DNA of 64,000 nt from a virus (lineage: Duplodnaviria > Caudoviricetes). Under the pieces are notes generated by a model, which had not been told where the DNA came from, ran no database searches, and worked only from the letters and a program-made list of their open reading frames with translations. The stretch spans positions 12,686 to 76,685 of the IMG/VR virus record IMGVR_UViG_3300037483_000425; one strand, given 5' to 3'. Each line of letters opens with the position of its first letter. Within the stretch, counting starts at the first letter, position 1. Both the position numbers and the translations under genes were made by a program. Below, piece after piece: positions 28,463 to 38,788 of this stretch.

Positions 28463-28858
28463 TCAATCAAATTCTGGAACTGTATAAGGATGGTGAGAAA
28501 TCTTCTCATCCATTATTTTCCCATCAACAATATTCTTCCAAGCGAATGTCATGCCGTTACGATCCTCGGGGACCTTTCTTCCATGAAGAACTGCCTTTTG
28601 ATTATATTTGAAACCGAGATCGATCAAATGTCTCATTGATATATTCGGAACAAGATAACAGTTTTCTCCGAAATAACTTGCGGGAATAACATCATAACCT
28701 AAAGATTGGAGATCAGCTAATAAAGATTCGTTAGACTGATTATTGAATTCTGGGCCTGTTTCAACCTCTTGAGGGTTCTCTGCGGTAATAAGCCCTATTT
28801 GATTCAGCTTATGAGAGAAGAACTCTCTCAAAAGAGCTTTAATCAACTTCCGAGCCAT
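28463..28858 (-). CDS. DUF3293-like protein
   Basis: ITAENP...N..L..DL..LG...EN..LV...LG.KYNQ.AVL pattern. Confidence 0.55.
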   Translation of the reverse strand: MARKLIKALLREFFSHKLNQIGLITAENPQEVETGPEFNNQSNESLLADLQSLGYDVIPASYFGENCYLVPNISMRHLIDLGFKYNQKAVLHGRKVPEDRNGMTFAWKNIVDGKIMDEKISHHPYTVPEFD

Positions 28859-29810
28859 CGCCCCACGCCCTCATTGATGGTTCGTAATGCTTCTTATTTT
28901 TTTTTCTTTTTTTTTCAGCAGAGTTTCCGCCCTTCATTCCCAAAGGCCCAGTGTATCCTCTAATCTGTCCAGAAGGCTGTCCTGCCATTCCCATGGCTCC
29001 GCCTCCAACTGCCGAAACCTCATTCGTTGGAGTTTCGCTATCATCCATAGGATCTTCAGGACCATCATCCTTGAATCCACCTTCTCCCTCAAGCTCTCCC
29101 AAAATTTCAGATTCAGTCATTTCAGAATGTGACGCTTTCTCAATAGCATCTTCTAAGTCACCCGAATATTCCATCGCACCATCTTCTAAATTATATGCAA
29201 CGTATCCATCATAATCGCCAAAAACACCTATAATCATTCCAGTTTGAGGATTCTTATATATGTCCCAATTTCCAGATAATTTTCCAAAATTCATATTTCT
29301 AGTATCAGTGAACACAAACATACCAGCAGAGGTTTGAACAGGCGCATCTCGATACTCTAAAATCATTCTCCTTAAATAAGAACGCAATAATAGTGACTCT
29401 TCCATATTATTATAAATATGTTCTGGATCCTTTATTCCAGGCCCTGACTGCTTTCTTATGGCATCATGTCCTGCCTTCATGTAGTCAGAATAATAACGAG
29501 GAAAAGTATAAGGAGGATCAAAAGTCGCTCCCTTATCTTCCGGATCATCAGGATCTCCCATCCAATATTCAGTATCTTCAGGCGTTGATGTTTGTTGCAT
29601 CATTCTGCTTGCCATCATTGTTGGTGCCTGATTGGGCATCCCTGTCTGCCCTGCTCTTGGCCAAGGTTTGGGCGGTCTACTTTGAAGATGTGTACTATGC
29701 GGCGCCATTGGCCCAATAGCTCCACCTCCATGACGATTCCTGTTCTTATTCAATCCGAAAATAGATCTAAGAGTATAAGTTCCGTCAGTTGTTTCATCTT
29801 CTTCTTCCAC
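28839..29810 (-). CDS. Low-complexity late protein, probable virion internal protein
   Basis: TATTTA just upstream; internal ESLLLRSYLRRMILE motif. Confidence 0.7.
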   Translation of the reverse strand: MEEEDETTDGTYTLRSIFGLNKNRNRHGGGAIGPMAPHSTHLQSRPPKPWPRAGQTGMPNQAPTMMASRMMQQTSTPEDTEYWMGDPDDPEDKGATFDPPYTFPRYYSDYMKAGHDAIRKQSGPGIKDPEHIYNNMEESLLLRSYLRRMILEYRDAPVQTSAGMFVFTDTRNMNFGKLSGNWDIYKNPQTGMIIGVFGDYDGYVAYNLEDGAMEYSGDLEDAIEKASHSEMTESEILGELEGEGGFKDDGPEDPMDDSETPTNEVSAVGGGAMGMAGQPSGQIRGYTGPLGMKGGNSAEKKRKKNKKHYEPSMRAWGDGSEVD

Positions 29811-29811
29811 A

Positions 29812-29825
29812 TAAATACTTATTTA
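29812..29825. promoter_or_regulatory. Back-to-back late-type promoters (TAAATA-CT-TATTTA)
   Basis: Perfect inverted hexamer pair in a 20-bp gap between divergent genes. Confidence 0.65.
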
Positions 29826-29830
29826 GCGAA

Positions 29831-30079
29831 ATGGATAACCTTCGCCAAATAATAAGAACACAACTTTTAGAATATCGAGATGGAAAAACTGAGCCAGATG
29901 TTCTCGTAGGAAACAATCCAGAATCAACAGATCAACTAATCGACAACATTATTAAAACACTTTATGAACTCAAAGGTCAAGACATTGAACCGTATAAGGA
30001 AATGCTCCAAAATATGTTCAAAACGATTCAACAAGTCGATACAAGCGACATATCAGATCTTGGCCTTGCCGATTCATAA
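29831..30079 (+). CDS. Small protein with capsid-targeting-like N-terminus
   Basis: Start reassigned to ATG 29831 (TATTTA 5 nt upstream); MDNLRQIIRTQLLE. Confidence 0.7.
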   Translation: MDNLRQIIRTQLLEYRDGKTEPDVLVGNNPESTDQLIDNIIKTLYELKGQDIEPYKEMLQNMFKTIQQVDTSDISDLGLADS

Positions 30080-30355
30080 ATATCGTGATCTTCCATTCTC
30101 AATAACTTGAGCAATAACTTCTGGCGGGATTTGTGGAAATCTCATTTTTCCCTCCTGATCTCTGCACCAATTTTCAAGCTGAACCCATCCATCAAAGTTT
30201 TCAGGGAACAACCAAGTTGGCCAAGTCTGACTAACAAGATCTTCACGAATCTTTCGATCCGCTTCCATCTTCTTCTTCATCAACTCGTCAATATTGGAGA
30301 CAAAAGCTTCGGTATCAAATTTCGGAATTTCAAATGGCTTTTCGTCTTCTTTCAT
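30074..30355 (-). CDS. Hypothetical protein
   Basis: 93 aa; SD upstream. Confidence 0.6.
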   Translation of the reverse strand: MKEDEKPFEIPKFDTEAFVSNIDELMKKKMEADRKIREDLVSQTWPTWLFPENFDGWVQLENWCRDQEGKMRFPQIPPEVIAQVIENGRSRYL

Positions 30356-30539
30356 ATATCCCCTTTTTTATGCGATAATAGATTTTATATCCAAAATGGC
30401 CAATCATAAATCCCGTGAGCATAATGGTTACAATATACAACCAATATGGTTGAAAGACTGGCATACAATATCCTGACAATCCCGATAATGGCAGGATAAT
30501 GGAACACACAATAATCAGATCTAATTTAGTTATTCGCAT
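30330..30539 (-). CDS. Small membrane protein (2 TM)
   Basis: Two hydrophobic stretches followed by a basic tail. Confidence 0.55.
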   Translation of the reverse strand: MRITKLDLIIVCSIILPLSGLSGYCMPVFQPYWLYIVTIMLTGFMIGHFGYKIYYRIKKGIYERRRKAI

Positions 30540-31087
30540 CTTGAAACCACAAATCTTAATGCTGCGTAAACTGCGAAAGCCAAAGGCGGTTCTCCGAACT
30601 TGTACTCTTCATTATTCCCGCCACCAGCTGCTATTGCCAAATACTCATCATGAGTCAACGTAATCCCAAAATTCTGCAACAAAAACAAGCTTCGATCATG
30701 GGTTCTCATAAATGGGCATTCAGAGTTGTATTTGAAGAATTCTCCCTTATTATCTCGATGCCACTTGCTCTCTTGCTCAATCAGAAGATCGGTCTCTAAA
30801 TCTCCAACCATCCCGATATTGCGAAACAAATTTGCGATAACAATAGAAGAGTGATCCAACTCAAGACCAAATTTTTCATTTAAATCCATACAAACTTTAA
30901 GGCACTTAAGATTTTGATCGACAAGGCCGCCAGGATAAGACTTAATCGTTGCAGGACAAACAGCCAATCGATCCCCCAATTCTTCGAACATTGAAGCAAC
31001 CGCCTGTCTTTGGCCAGAGCCATTCTCTGCCAAGCTAGCAAAGGTATTCCAATTTTTCTTAATCTTTTCTTCAGATAGCATAATCAA
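30530..31087 (-). CDS. Degenerate HD-fold-like protein
   Basis: ANLFRNIGMVG where an HD motif would be expected; HDRSLFLLQ. Confidence 0.45.
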   Translation of the reverse strand: MIMLSEEKIKKNWNTFASLAENGSGQRQAVASMFEELGDRLAVCPATIKSYPGGLVDQNLKCLKVCMDLNEKFGLELDHSSIVIANLFRNIGMVGDLETDLLIEQESKWHRDNKGEFFKYNSECPFMRTHDRSLFLLQNFGITLTHDEYLAIAAGGGNNEEYKFGEPPLAFAVYAALRFVVSRCE

Positions 31088-32268
31088 AGCATATCAGAAC
31101 CCAACAAAAGTTTTCCAGGTAATTTCATAATATTTCCACCATCCCTTTTGATTTTATTAATCAATTCATCACTAATAAGTTCTGGCGGGAAATCTAACAT
31201 AGCATTATCATGAATAATGAATATTGGAATAATCAATTCTGGAAGCATTTGAAAAATGTTCCAAAACCCAAGCATAGCCGCATCTACAGCTGTGCTCTGA
31301 ATGTAATTGTTGTAAAGTTTGTGACCAGAAGCATCCTTCGGATAAATCGCACGTCCAAAGAAGTTCCTAATAAATCCGTTCTTCTTATATTCCTCAATAA
31401 GCCTTCTTCTGATTCTAAAAACATCAAAATATTCTTGAACCATTGGCTGCATCTCTTTACACTTTTCAAGATCCAACCCCGTCTCTTCTGACAGCTTTTT
31501 GATTCCAGAACCATATAAAACAGAAAGCGTAACTAACTTCGCAATTTCTCTTGTGAACCTTCCCTCAAATAATGTTTCATTAATATCAGAATATATGTCG
31601 TCCTTGATCTCCTTTCCGGCCAACATTAATGCAATTCTTGGCTCCAAAGAAACAAAGTCAAATTGAATTATTTTACCACCATCATATCTCGACTTGATAA
31701 TCGTTTTGAAATCACGATTCAATCTCAAGATTTGAGGACCTCTTTTTACAATATGTCTTCCTGATATTGTCTTAATCTGTTCATAAACAATCCGATCCGC
31801 AAATCCATCCTCATTTGGCTCGAAACTGTCAATAACATCCTCATTTGCTCCATGAATATTATGTGTGGCCAAAAACTCCCACTTCTTATTATGAATCTTT
31901 GCCGGAGAGAGCTTCGCTAAAGCTTTATAAGCAGGAACAAAGACTTCTCTGTAATAGGAGAGATCTGTTTCATCTAAAGCCTTGTTAATCTTTCCAATCG
32001 TCTCTGACAAAAATAGATCGAACTCATGCTCAGGAAGAACCTGTTTCCATGGGACTTCTTTAAAAGTCAATGAACGCATCATTTTGACAAATGCTTTTGA
32101 AGGAAGAATCTCTTGATGATTCCCACACAAATGCAAAGCGGACAACAAATCCCATTCTGAACTTATGTTTTTTCCAACAATCCAGGTATTTTCTGGGACG
32201 TTTTTTGTCCAGCCGTCAAAGTAATGCTGATCTGCGCCCAAGATGGATTTATCCAGGCAAAATCGCAC
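31084..32268 (-). CDS. Family A DNA polymerase, polymerase domain only
   Basis: Motif A DFVSLEPRI, motif B REIAKLVTLSVLYG, NYIQSTA, motif C IHD; no exonuclease domains. Confidence 0.75.
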   Translation of the reverse strand: MRFCLDKSILGADQHYFDGWTKNVPENTWIVGKNISSEWDLLSALHLCGNHQEILPSKAFVKMMRSLTFKEVPWKQVLPEHEFDLFLSETIGKINKALDETDLSYYREVFVPAYKALAKLSPAKIHNKKWEFLATHNIHGANEDVIDSFEPNEDGFADRIVYEQIKTISGRHIVKRGPQILRLNRDFKTIIKSRYDGGKIIQFDFVSLEPRIALMLAGKEIKDDIYSDINETLFEGRFTREIAKLVTLSVLYGSGIKKLSEETGLDLEKCKEMQPMVQEYFDVFRIRRRLIEEYKKNGFIRNFFGRAIYPKDASGHKLYNNYIQSTAVDAAMLGFWNIFQMLPELIIPIFIIHDNAMLDFPPELISDELINKIKRDGGNIMKLPGKLLLGSDML

Positions 32269-32285
32269 AACCTATCTTACCAACA

Positions 32286-35165
32286 TTAAGAGCCGGTTTG
32301 TCCACCATCTGTATCATCAAATTCAGAAAGGATACTAATAGCGCTCTTCACATTCTGCAACAAGCTATTATATTGGCCATAAGCATCTCCGATGGGTGTA
32401 AGAAAACAACTCGTTTGAAATGAACCTGGCTTAATTGAGTGCTGAATTTTTGTTGCGGCATAGATGTTGTCAATGCTTGTTCCCGTTCTTAGATCACAAA
32501 ATAGGTTTTGTGTGAATTCAAAAATTGGACAACCCATCATTCTCATATCCGCTTGTGCGGGGAATACACGAATAGGCAAACCAGATGTCGCCGCCCCTTC
32601 AGGCGATAAGTCTCCACGATCTCCCGTTGTAATCATATTAATGGTGGACAATTTTTGATCTTGCATCGTTTTGAATCCGGCATCCAAAACTGCACTATTA
32701 TTCATTCCATGAAAATATGTCGGCATTGTATTTGCAATAAATGACTTAATCTGATTTGCTCCAGCAACAAATCGATACACTTGAGCTTCAGGATCTCCCT
32801 TACCATCTACTGGCATAATCCTGCGAATATAATTTCTTCCTACAGCTTTTTGAATCAGTTTTTTTAATTGAGATTTATCGTCGCCGTCAAGAACCAAAGG
32901 TGCTTCTGGGTCCACGCCAGCTCTCGCTTCGCTAACAAATTGACCTAATGTTGAAATAGAGTTGTTTCTCTGTGCGGCCAAGAATTCTCCCTGACTTTGA
33001 TAAGCAGATGCAAACTTGTCAAATATGTGGATTCTCAAGACCGTATATCCATCAAATAAGGACTTAGGCTTTCCTTCACTATCTGGTGCTCCAGGAACAC
33101 ATTCCACATACATATCAATCTGGGGCAGCTTAAATCGCCCATCAGGAACTCCCGCCTCTTTCATCCTTTCTTCAATCTCATTATTCAATTTTGTTGGATT
33201 ATTTCTAAATTCTCTTTTGGGAATGTTCCTTTTCCCTGTTTCCTTATCTGGCTCATAACTGTAAAGATCTCTCAATCCATATGTTGGATTAGAAATGTCC
33301 TCCAAAAATGTATTGGACAAAAAGCTCATAAATTCTCTTAGTGCCAAATTAGAAGTCCTTCTCAATGTTGCCAGCTTCTTATATCTTTTTTGAAAATCAG
33401 AAATGACAATAGGAAAAGAACCAATGTTCATTCCTTTGCCAAATCCGGCATTATCATTCAATGTATAATAAACGAATTGAATATCATCAAACTTTTTCAA
33501 GGCAGCCAAAGGCTGTCCTATAAACAATGTCATTATTTTCGCCAGTGAAACAAACTGTTCAAACTTATCACCTCCAACAAGTCTATTTTTCAAAAATTCC
33601 GTTTCCAAAAATGGATCCGGAGTCCTCTTTCCTCCTTGCTTAACCGACCTCCCTTTAATAACGCTTATTTTATCATCAATTGCCTTGCCAATAACAATAC
33701 CAATGTCTCGCGCTGCCCCGTTTGTTCCATCTGTTCCATAAAGATCGATCAATGAATCTCTCAATTCTTTGGCATCATGCGAAGGATTGTCTGAAAGATT
33801 GACCAATGTTTTCTCAAGTTCTCGTTGAAGTTTTCGACTTAATTGCAGATTTGAATTTTGATCGCCGGCTGTGCTCAAGATTTGTTGTCCACGAATTTCC
33901 TTTGTTAGATTATCATTTTTGAAAATGCTTTGCCTTAGCTCAGATATACGCTCTTGCAATTTGTTGATTATTTTTTGTGTGTCCTCAACTTTGGCACTTT
34001 GACCAACTTTGCTGGTATACATGTCAACAGCGCCTTTTGTATATAAAGACAAAGAAACGTCAACTTCTCCATTTGGTCTAAATCCCAAATCATAATTGCT
34101 TACAGCATATTTTTCTTTAACTCTCAAGGCGTTCAGAAAATTTCCAAACACATTATTTCCACTTTTGTCTGGATGTTCCCATCCATATTCAATTAGCATT
34201 TCTGTAACATTATAGAGTCCTGGCTTGATAAAATCAGCTATTTCATGCAATCTCGTTTGGTCATGCAAAGTGAAAGCAAGCTTTGCGGTTCTATGAGACA
34301 TCAGCCCAGCAGCTGGTGCCACGTCCACATCGAAACTCTTTAGTGATGCCAAAGGCCGAAATTTGTCAAGAACAGGAACAACACGAGCAGAACTGGCATC
34401 GGACGTATTTGCATTAATAAGAGTTTGTGGCATTAAAAACAATTCCATGCCAGCCTCTCCAAATCCATCAGAATTATTGTCTCCAGCCAATGCAAACTCT
34501 GTATCACGAGAAACTGCTGTCTGCATCTTCAAATCAAACGATCCATTCAGCGGACCATTAGAATATAAAGAAGTCGCTCCATTCAAAAATTTAACAGAAG
34601 ATAATGTTGATGCACGACCTGTGGCCGAAATCGCCGGTCTTTGGAATTGAAATTTAACCGTCAAATAAGGAATCGCTCGGGACCACTCTAATGTTGGAAT
34701 TGCGCTCAAAAAAACTGATAAAGCATTCGCATTTTTATTTGAAGGGGAAATTCTTGAAGTCATAACCTGATAAACGGATAAAGACGTGTTATTTTTGCTT
34801 GGATTATTTGGTGTGCTATTTATGCCTTCATCATTAGAAGATCCAAGAATTTCTTTAATCCCAATTGACTCTCCTGATGCAAACGTAAATTCTGGCTCAT
34901 AAATGGCTCGGACTACCTTATTTGTTTTTCCTGCACCCAGACTAAGATCTAATGCTGTTATTTTCTTAACAAGAGAAGGAGAGATTAAAGACCCTCTTTG
35001 TGTTTCAACAACAAGACTTGATAATTCTTTCAATAATAAAGGAGGATCATCTTCATTAGGCAACACATTTAAAAGAAGATCGCTGCTTACCAACTCTTCT
35101 AAAGAAAAAAGTTGATAATACTTTCTCAAGTCAGCAACAGCATCATCTAAAGCAGTTTTTGGCAT
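32286..35165 (-). CDS. Baseplate hub-like structural protein
   Basis: 959 aa; IEYGW and KIQHSIKPGSFQT hub-like signatures; position in the tail module. Confidence 0.55.
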   Translation of the reverse strand: MPKTALDDAVADLRKYYQLFSLEELVSSDLLLNVLPNEDDPPLLLKELSSLVVETQRGSLISPSLVKKITALDLSLGAGKTNKVVRAIYEPEFTFASGESIGIKEILGSSNDEGINSTPNNPSKNNTSLSVYQVMTSRISPSNKNANALSVFLSAIPTLEWSRAIPYLTVKFQFQRPAISATGRASTLSSVKFLNGATSLYSNGPLNGSFDLKMQTAVSRDTEFALAGDNNSDGFGEAGMELFLMPQTLINANTSDASSARVVPVLDKFRPLASLKSFDVDVAPAAGLMSHRTAKLAFTLHDQTRLHEIADFIKPGLYNVTEMLIEYGWEHPDKSGNNVFGNFLNALRVKEKYAVSNYDLGFRPNGEVDVSLSLYTKGAVDMYTSKVGQSAKVEDTQKIINKLQERISELRQSIFKNDNLTKEIRGQQILSTAGDQNSNLQLSRKLQRELEKTLVNLSDNPSHDAKELRDSLIDLYGTDGTNGAARDIGIVIGKAIDDKISVIKGRSVKQGGKRTPDPFLETEFLKNRLVGGDKFEQFVSLAKIMTLFIGQPLAALKKFDDIQFVYYTLNDNAGFGKGMNIGSFPIVISDFQKRYKKLATLRRTSNLALREFMSFLSNTFLEDISNPTYGLRDLYSYEPDKETGKRNIPKREFRNNPTKLNNEIEERMKEAGVPDGRFKLPQIDMYVECVPGAPDSEGKPKSLFDGYTVLRIHIFDKFASAYQSQGEFLAAQRNNSISTLGQFVSEARAGVDPEAPLVLDGDDKSQLKKLIQKAVGRNYIRRIMPVDGKGDPEAQVYRFVAGANQIKSFIANTMPTYFHGMNNSAVLDAGFKTMQDQKLSTINMITTGDRGDLSPEGAATSGLPIRVFPAQADMRMMGCPIFEFTQNLFCDLRTGTSIDNIYAATKIQHSIKPGSFQTSCFLTPIGDAYGQYNSLLQNVKSAISILSEFDDTDGGQTGS

Positions 35166-35166
35166 C

Positions 35167-35460
35167 TTAACCTATAATCTCCGTAATATCATCTAAGCTC
35201 GGAATTCTAATTAGCGTTCCTGGCGGAGCTTGAATGCTCCATCCAATCTCAGATGCAGCAGCAATTATCCACCAAAGCTTTGCGTCTCCATAAACTTGTC
35301 CAGCAATACTATCCAGTCTCTGACCCTTAGATAGAATCTGAACTGTTGACTTAATCAATCCTGATTCTATACCATTTCGGATAGAAATAATTGCTTTGGA
35401 TGTACCATACCTTTGATTGACTCCAATAATATTTGAACGAGCGTATCTTTTAATTGACAT
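35167..35460 (-). CDS. LysM/tail-X-like baseplate protein
   Basis: GQRLDSIAGQVYGDAKLWWIIAAA...PGTLIRIP. Confidence 0.75.
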   Translation of the reverse strand: MSIKRYARSNIIGVNQRYGTSKAIISIRNGIESGLIKSTVQILSKGQRLDSIAGQVYGDAKLWWIIAAASEIGWSIQAPPGTLIRIPSLDDITEIIG

Positions 35461-38400
35461 TATTGACCTTTCTTATTCGGGTTCCTCAAAGCGATGGAAG
35501 CCTTTTGATGATTCTCAATAAAGTTTTCTTCAGCTGTATCGTTTGCCATATAAGCATCTCCATTAATCCTATGAGCAATCTGTCCAACAGGATACTGAAC
35601 AGCACGCATGAATCCTGTATGATCAATGCCTGGCGCGATATCATGGATTACTGCAAACGTAATATTGCATTTCAAAAACTTGGGAGCCCTTGACCCAAAC
35701 TCAGAAGTTTCCCAAACAATCGTTGGCGCAGCAAGTTCCGTGAAAGAAAGCGTTGTAATCACGCCTCCCAAGCCTTTACCCTGAACTGACTCAAAAGCAC
35801 GAACAATTGAATTTTGATCAGAGCTAAATGGATTTTCAATGCCTGATGCAAAAACATCTCCATTTTCTGTTATGCCTTGACCTTTAAGCCCCGCTGGAAT
35901 CAATGGATTATTACTAAATCCAGCAGCCCTAATGACCCCAATTGGATCAGGAACCAAATCATCATGTGTTACCAAAAATTCTCCACTTGTTTCATCCGCT
36001 TCCGCTTGCGGTCCTGAAGCTATGCGAACTTTGTAATAAGCAACCTGATGCTCTCCATAAGGCTTTACCTTTGCTGTCGACAATCCTGGGACTATTCCTA
36101 AAGCAAATATTGGGCCCACAATTTCAACTTGTGTGCTCGCCGTGATTACCAACTTCTTTCTTGGCTTTTGGCCAAATAATGCCTTCGCTCTTGCTGCTTT
36201 TCTTAATGGATCAGCACCCTCAGCCGAAGGATATCCAGATCTCTTTGGCAATAATATTGCCGTTTCGCTAGCCTGATATCCATCTTTTGACTCTTCCGTT
36301 ACCGCAGGATTCCTCAACATCCTTGAACGTGTTTCAAGAATCTTCTTCTTTTTTGTTTCAACATTCGGATCTCCAATTGTTTTCAAGATATTAGATTTAT
36401 CGCTTCCAACTCCAAATAATCTCTCTAAAGCAAATTTAGAATAATTTGTTCTAATTAAATCACCTATTCTCAATCTAATAACTGGCGTGCTCGCTGGAAC
36501 CTGAGAAAATGGCTGGATGAATTTTGTACCAGCCTGATCTGAAACCTGCCTTCCTTCAGTCCAAGATGGATACACCAAAGAAGACAACTTATTAATCTTC
36601 CACCACATCAAATCAAAATCTTCTTTATTTGTAGCGACAATATTAAATGTAAATGTTATCGTTCTTTCCGTTGACGCATATGTTCTAACATTGTCAATTC
36701 TTCCAAATGCTTGAGAACTTTCGTATTGTGGAGTATAGACATCCTCTAAAGAATCCAAAAATGCATGAAATGATATAATCTCATTCGTCCTCAAATCATG
36801 AAAGTAAAATGGAACATATTCTGAATCAAGCTGTGTCTCAATTTCTTCAACAACTTCTTTCTTTATTCTTCCGTTTCCATCGACGTCTTTTCCTTTAGCA
36901 ACCTGATTTTCCTGAATCGACGCCAAAGCTCTATCAAAATGATTTGCATTATTGTCATGCGCAAGTAAAGAGCCCGCCTTCAAAATCTCAGCAGGAAACA
37001 AGAATTTAGAAAGAGTGGCTCCTGTTTGCATTCCAGACTTCAGACCAGATCTGCTGTTTCGAATTCTCATTACATTCGTTGCAGGATTAATCGGGAGATT
37101 CTCGATAGAAGACTTCTTTCGATCTTTTGGATCGAATCCTTGTTCTCTAATCTCTTCTGCACGATCTCCCAATTGAGCAAGAACATTTAAAAATGCAATG
37201 ATTTTAGAACTCTTTAATATATCAATTAATCCTAAAAATGCTTGCGCTGCATCCAATGGATTCTGAGAATTGGTGAACACATCAGCTACACTATTCACAA
37301 TAGTATTCCCGCTTCGCAAAATAGAACGAACAAGAATTGTATATGTTTGAGGTTCTTTTAGTAATCTCTTAAAGCTTGCGCCATCAAAATCAAAGAACAC
37401 ATCCAGGCCTGAGTTAACGACCGTCAAAAAGTCTCGCTCAGTTTCACGAATACCAATTGCCCTCAAAGAAAATGCACGAAAGCCTGACAAGTCTTCTTTC
37501 CCAAATTCTCCAGCAACAAAAGGCCCACGATTTGGAACATTGGCAAGCTTTTCTTTTACCATCAAGGACAAAAATCCAACAAAAGCCTGAGTTACCAATC
37601 TAATGCTCACAGCTAACGCTGTTCCGAGGATTGTCATGCCTATTGGCAAAAATCCGTCATAAGGCTCAAATGGGGTATTCAAGTGTCCCCACGATCTATT
37701 GCTAGGATGAATCGCCTCTTCAGAATCTGTTCTAATCTTTTCTATTCCAAAGTTTTCTTCCATGACGGTGGAAGCACGAACATTATTTGTGTCTACTTTG
37801 ACCACACCAATCTGTGTTGCTCCTGGGATTAATGTTAACGCTCCGAAACCTGGATCACTGGGGTTTCCTTCTTGAACGCCGCGAACCTCTCTCGCAGCCC
37901 TAAGCATTAATGAATGTCCAATTTGTTGAAGTTCGTTCAGCCTAATATCTGACTTATTGCTTATAGAAGGATCTTTAGAAGACGGCGCAGAATATTTTCC
38001 AAACTGTCTCTGAACTCGTGCAATAACATTTGGAGCAGAATTTTCTGAATCTCTATTTGCATTTCCTAAAAATGGACCATTAACGCCCGGAGAAAAACGA
38101 TTATTATCAAGAGCATTCATAACTGCCCTAATTGTTGGATCATTAGACTGAGGCGTTGTAGACTGCCCAGAATTGTTTGTATTTCCTTCAATGTCCTTTA
38201 AAAATGTGTCAGCTTTGCCTTTTGTTAAAAAATCACCAATTGATGGAAGAAACATGTTCTGGCTATCAGAATATGTTGACAAATTTGGATTATTCATTGT
38301 TGATGCATATGGATTCTCTGCTCCCCTGACTTTATCATCCAAGGGTGCAGGATCTCCATTTTCGTCTCTTGATTTGCTCTTTTGAATTCCTGGAGCTATC

Positions 38401-38564
38401 TTGAATGTATTTCCATCTCTTCCATCAATCGACAAGCAACGCAAATAATCAGCAAGCGTCTCAATGACTTCATCCTTGAGATCGTCTCCAACTTGCGCTT
38501 TCCCATCTTCCCCAGAGCCATCTATAATATAAATGACTTCTTCATTTTCATCAACTTTTGGCAT
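35460..38564 (-). CDS. Baseplate / tail-tube initiator-like protein
   Basis: YVPFYFHDLRT...GRID.V..Y..TERTITFTF domain; tail module position. Confidence 0.55.
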   Translation of the reverse strand: MPKVDENEEVIYIIDGSGEDGKAQVGDDLKDEVIETLADYLRCLSIDGRDGNTFKIAPGIQKSKSRDENGDPAPLDDKVRGAENPYASTMNNPNLSTYSDSQNMFLPSIGDFLTKGKADTFLKDIEGNTNNSGQSTTPQSNDPTIRAVMNALDNNRFSPGVNGPFLGNANRDSENSAPNVIARVQRQFGKYSAPSSKDPSISNKSDIRLNELQQIGHSLMLRAAREVRGVQEGNPSDPGFGALTLIPGATQIGVVKVDTNNVRASTVMEENFGIEKIRTDSEEAIHPSNRSWGHLNTPFEPYDGFLPIGMTILGTALAVSIRLVTQAFVGFLSLMVKEKLANVPNRGPFVAGEFGKEDLSGFRAFSLRAIGIRETERDFLTVVNSGLDVFFDFDGASFKRLLKEPQTYTILVRSILRSGNTIVNSVADVFTNSQNPLDAAQAFLGLIDILKSSKIIAFLNVLAQLGDRAEEIREQGFDPKDRKKSSIENLPINPATNVMRIRNSRSGLKSGMQTGATLSKFLFPAEILKAGSLLAHDNNANHFDRALASIQENQVAKGKDVDGNGRIKKEVVEEIETQLDSEYVPFYFHDLRTNEIISFHAFLDSLEDVYTPQYESSQAFGRIDNVRTYASTERTITFTFNIVATNKEDFDLMWWKINKLSSLVYPSWTEGRQVSDQAGTKFIQPFSQVPASTPVIRLRIGDLIRTNYSKFALERLFGVGSDKSNILKTIGDPNVETKKKKILETRSRMLRNPAVTEESKDGYQASETAILLPKRSGYPSAEGADPLRKAARAKALFGQKPRKKLVITASTQVEIVGPIFALGIVPGLSTAKVKPYGEHQVAYYKVRIASGPQAEADETSGEFLVTHDDLVPDPIGVIRAAGFSNNPLIPAGLKGQGITENGDVFASGIENPFSSDQNSIVRAFESVQGKGLGGVITTLSFTELAAPTIVWETSEFGSRAPKFLKCNITFAVIHDIAPGIDHTGFMRAVQYPVGQIAHRINGDAYMANDTAEENFIENHQKASIALRNPNKKGQ

Positions 38565-38788
38565 TATTCCCCACTATTATCTATTACTTCATTCATCTTC
38601 TTGGATATTGCATCCACAAATTCTTTCTCTTTCATAAGCTTTTCCAAAGGATTAAAAAACTGCTCTTGCCAAGCTTTCATATATTTCTCCATATATGCCG
38701 AAATCGCCTTTCTTTCTTCTTTGTCAGCCGATTCTAAAATCTGTTGATACTTTTCGTCTTCAATCAATTGTTTATATAAATCTTTCAT
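38564..38788 (-). CDS. Small hypothetical tail-module protein
   Basis: 74 aa, coupled on both sides. Confidence 0.6.
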   Translation of the reverse strand: MKDLYKQLIEDEKYQQILESADKEERKAISAYMEKYMKAWQEQFFNPLEKLMKEKEFVDAISKKMNEVIDNSGE

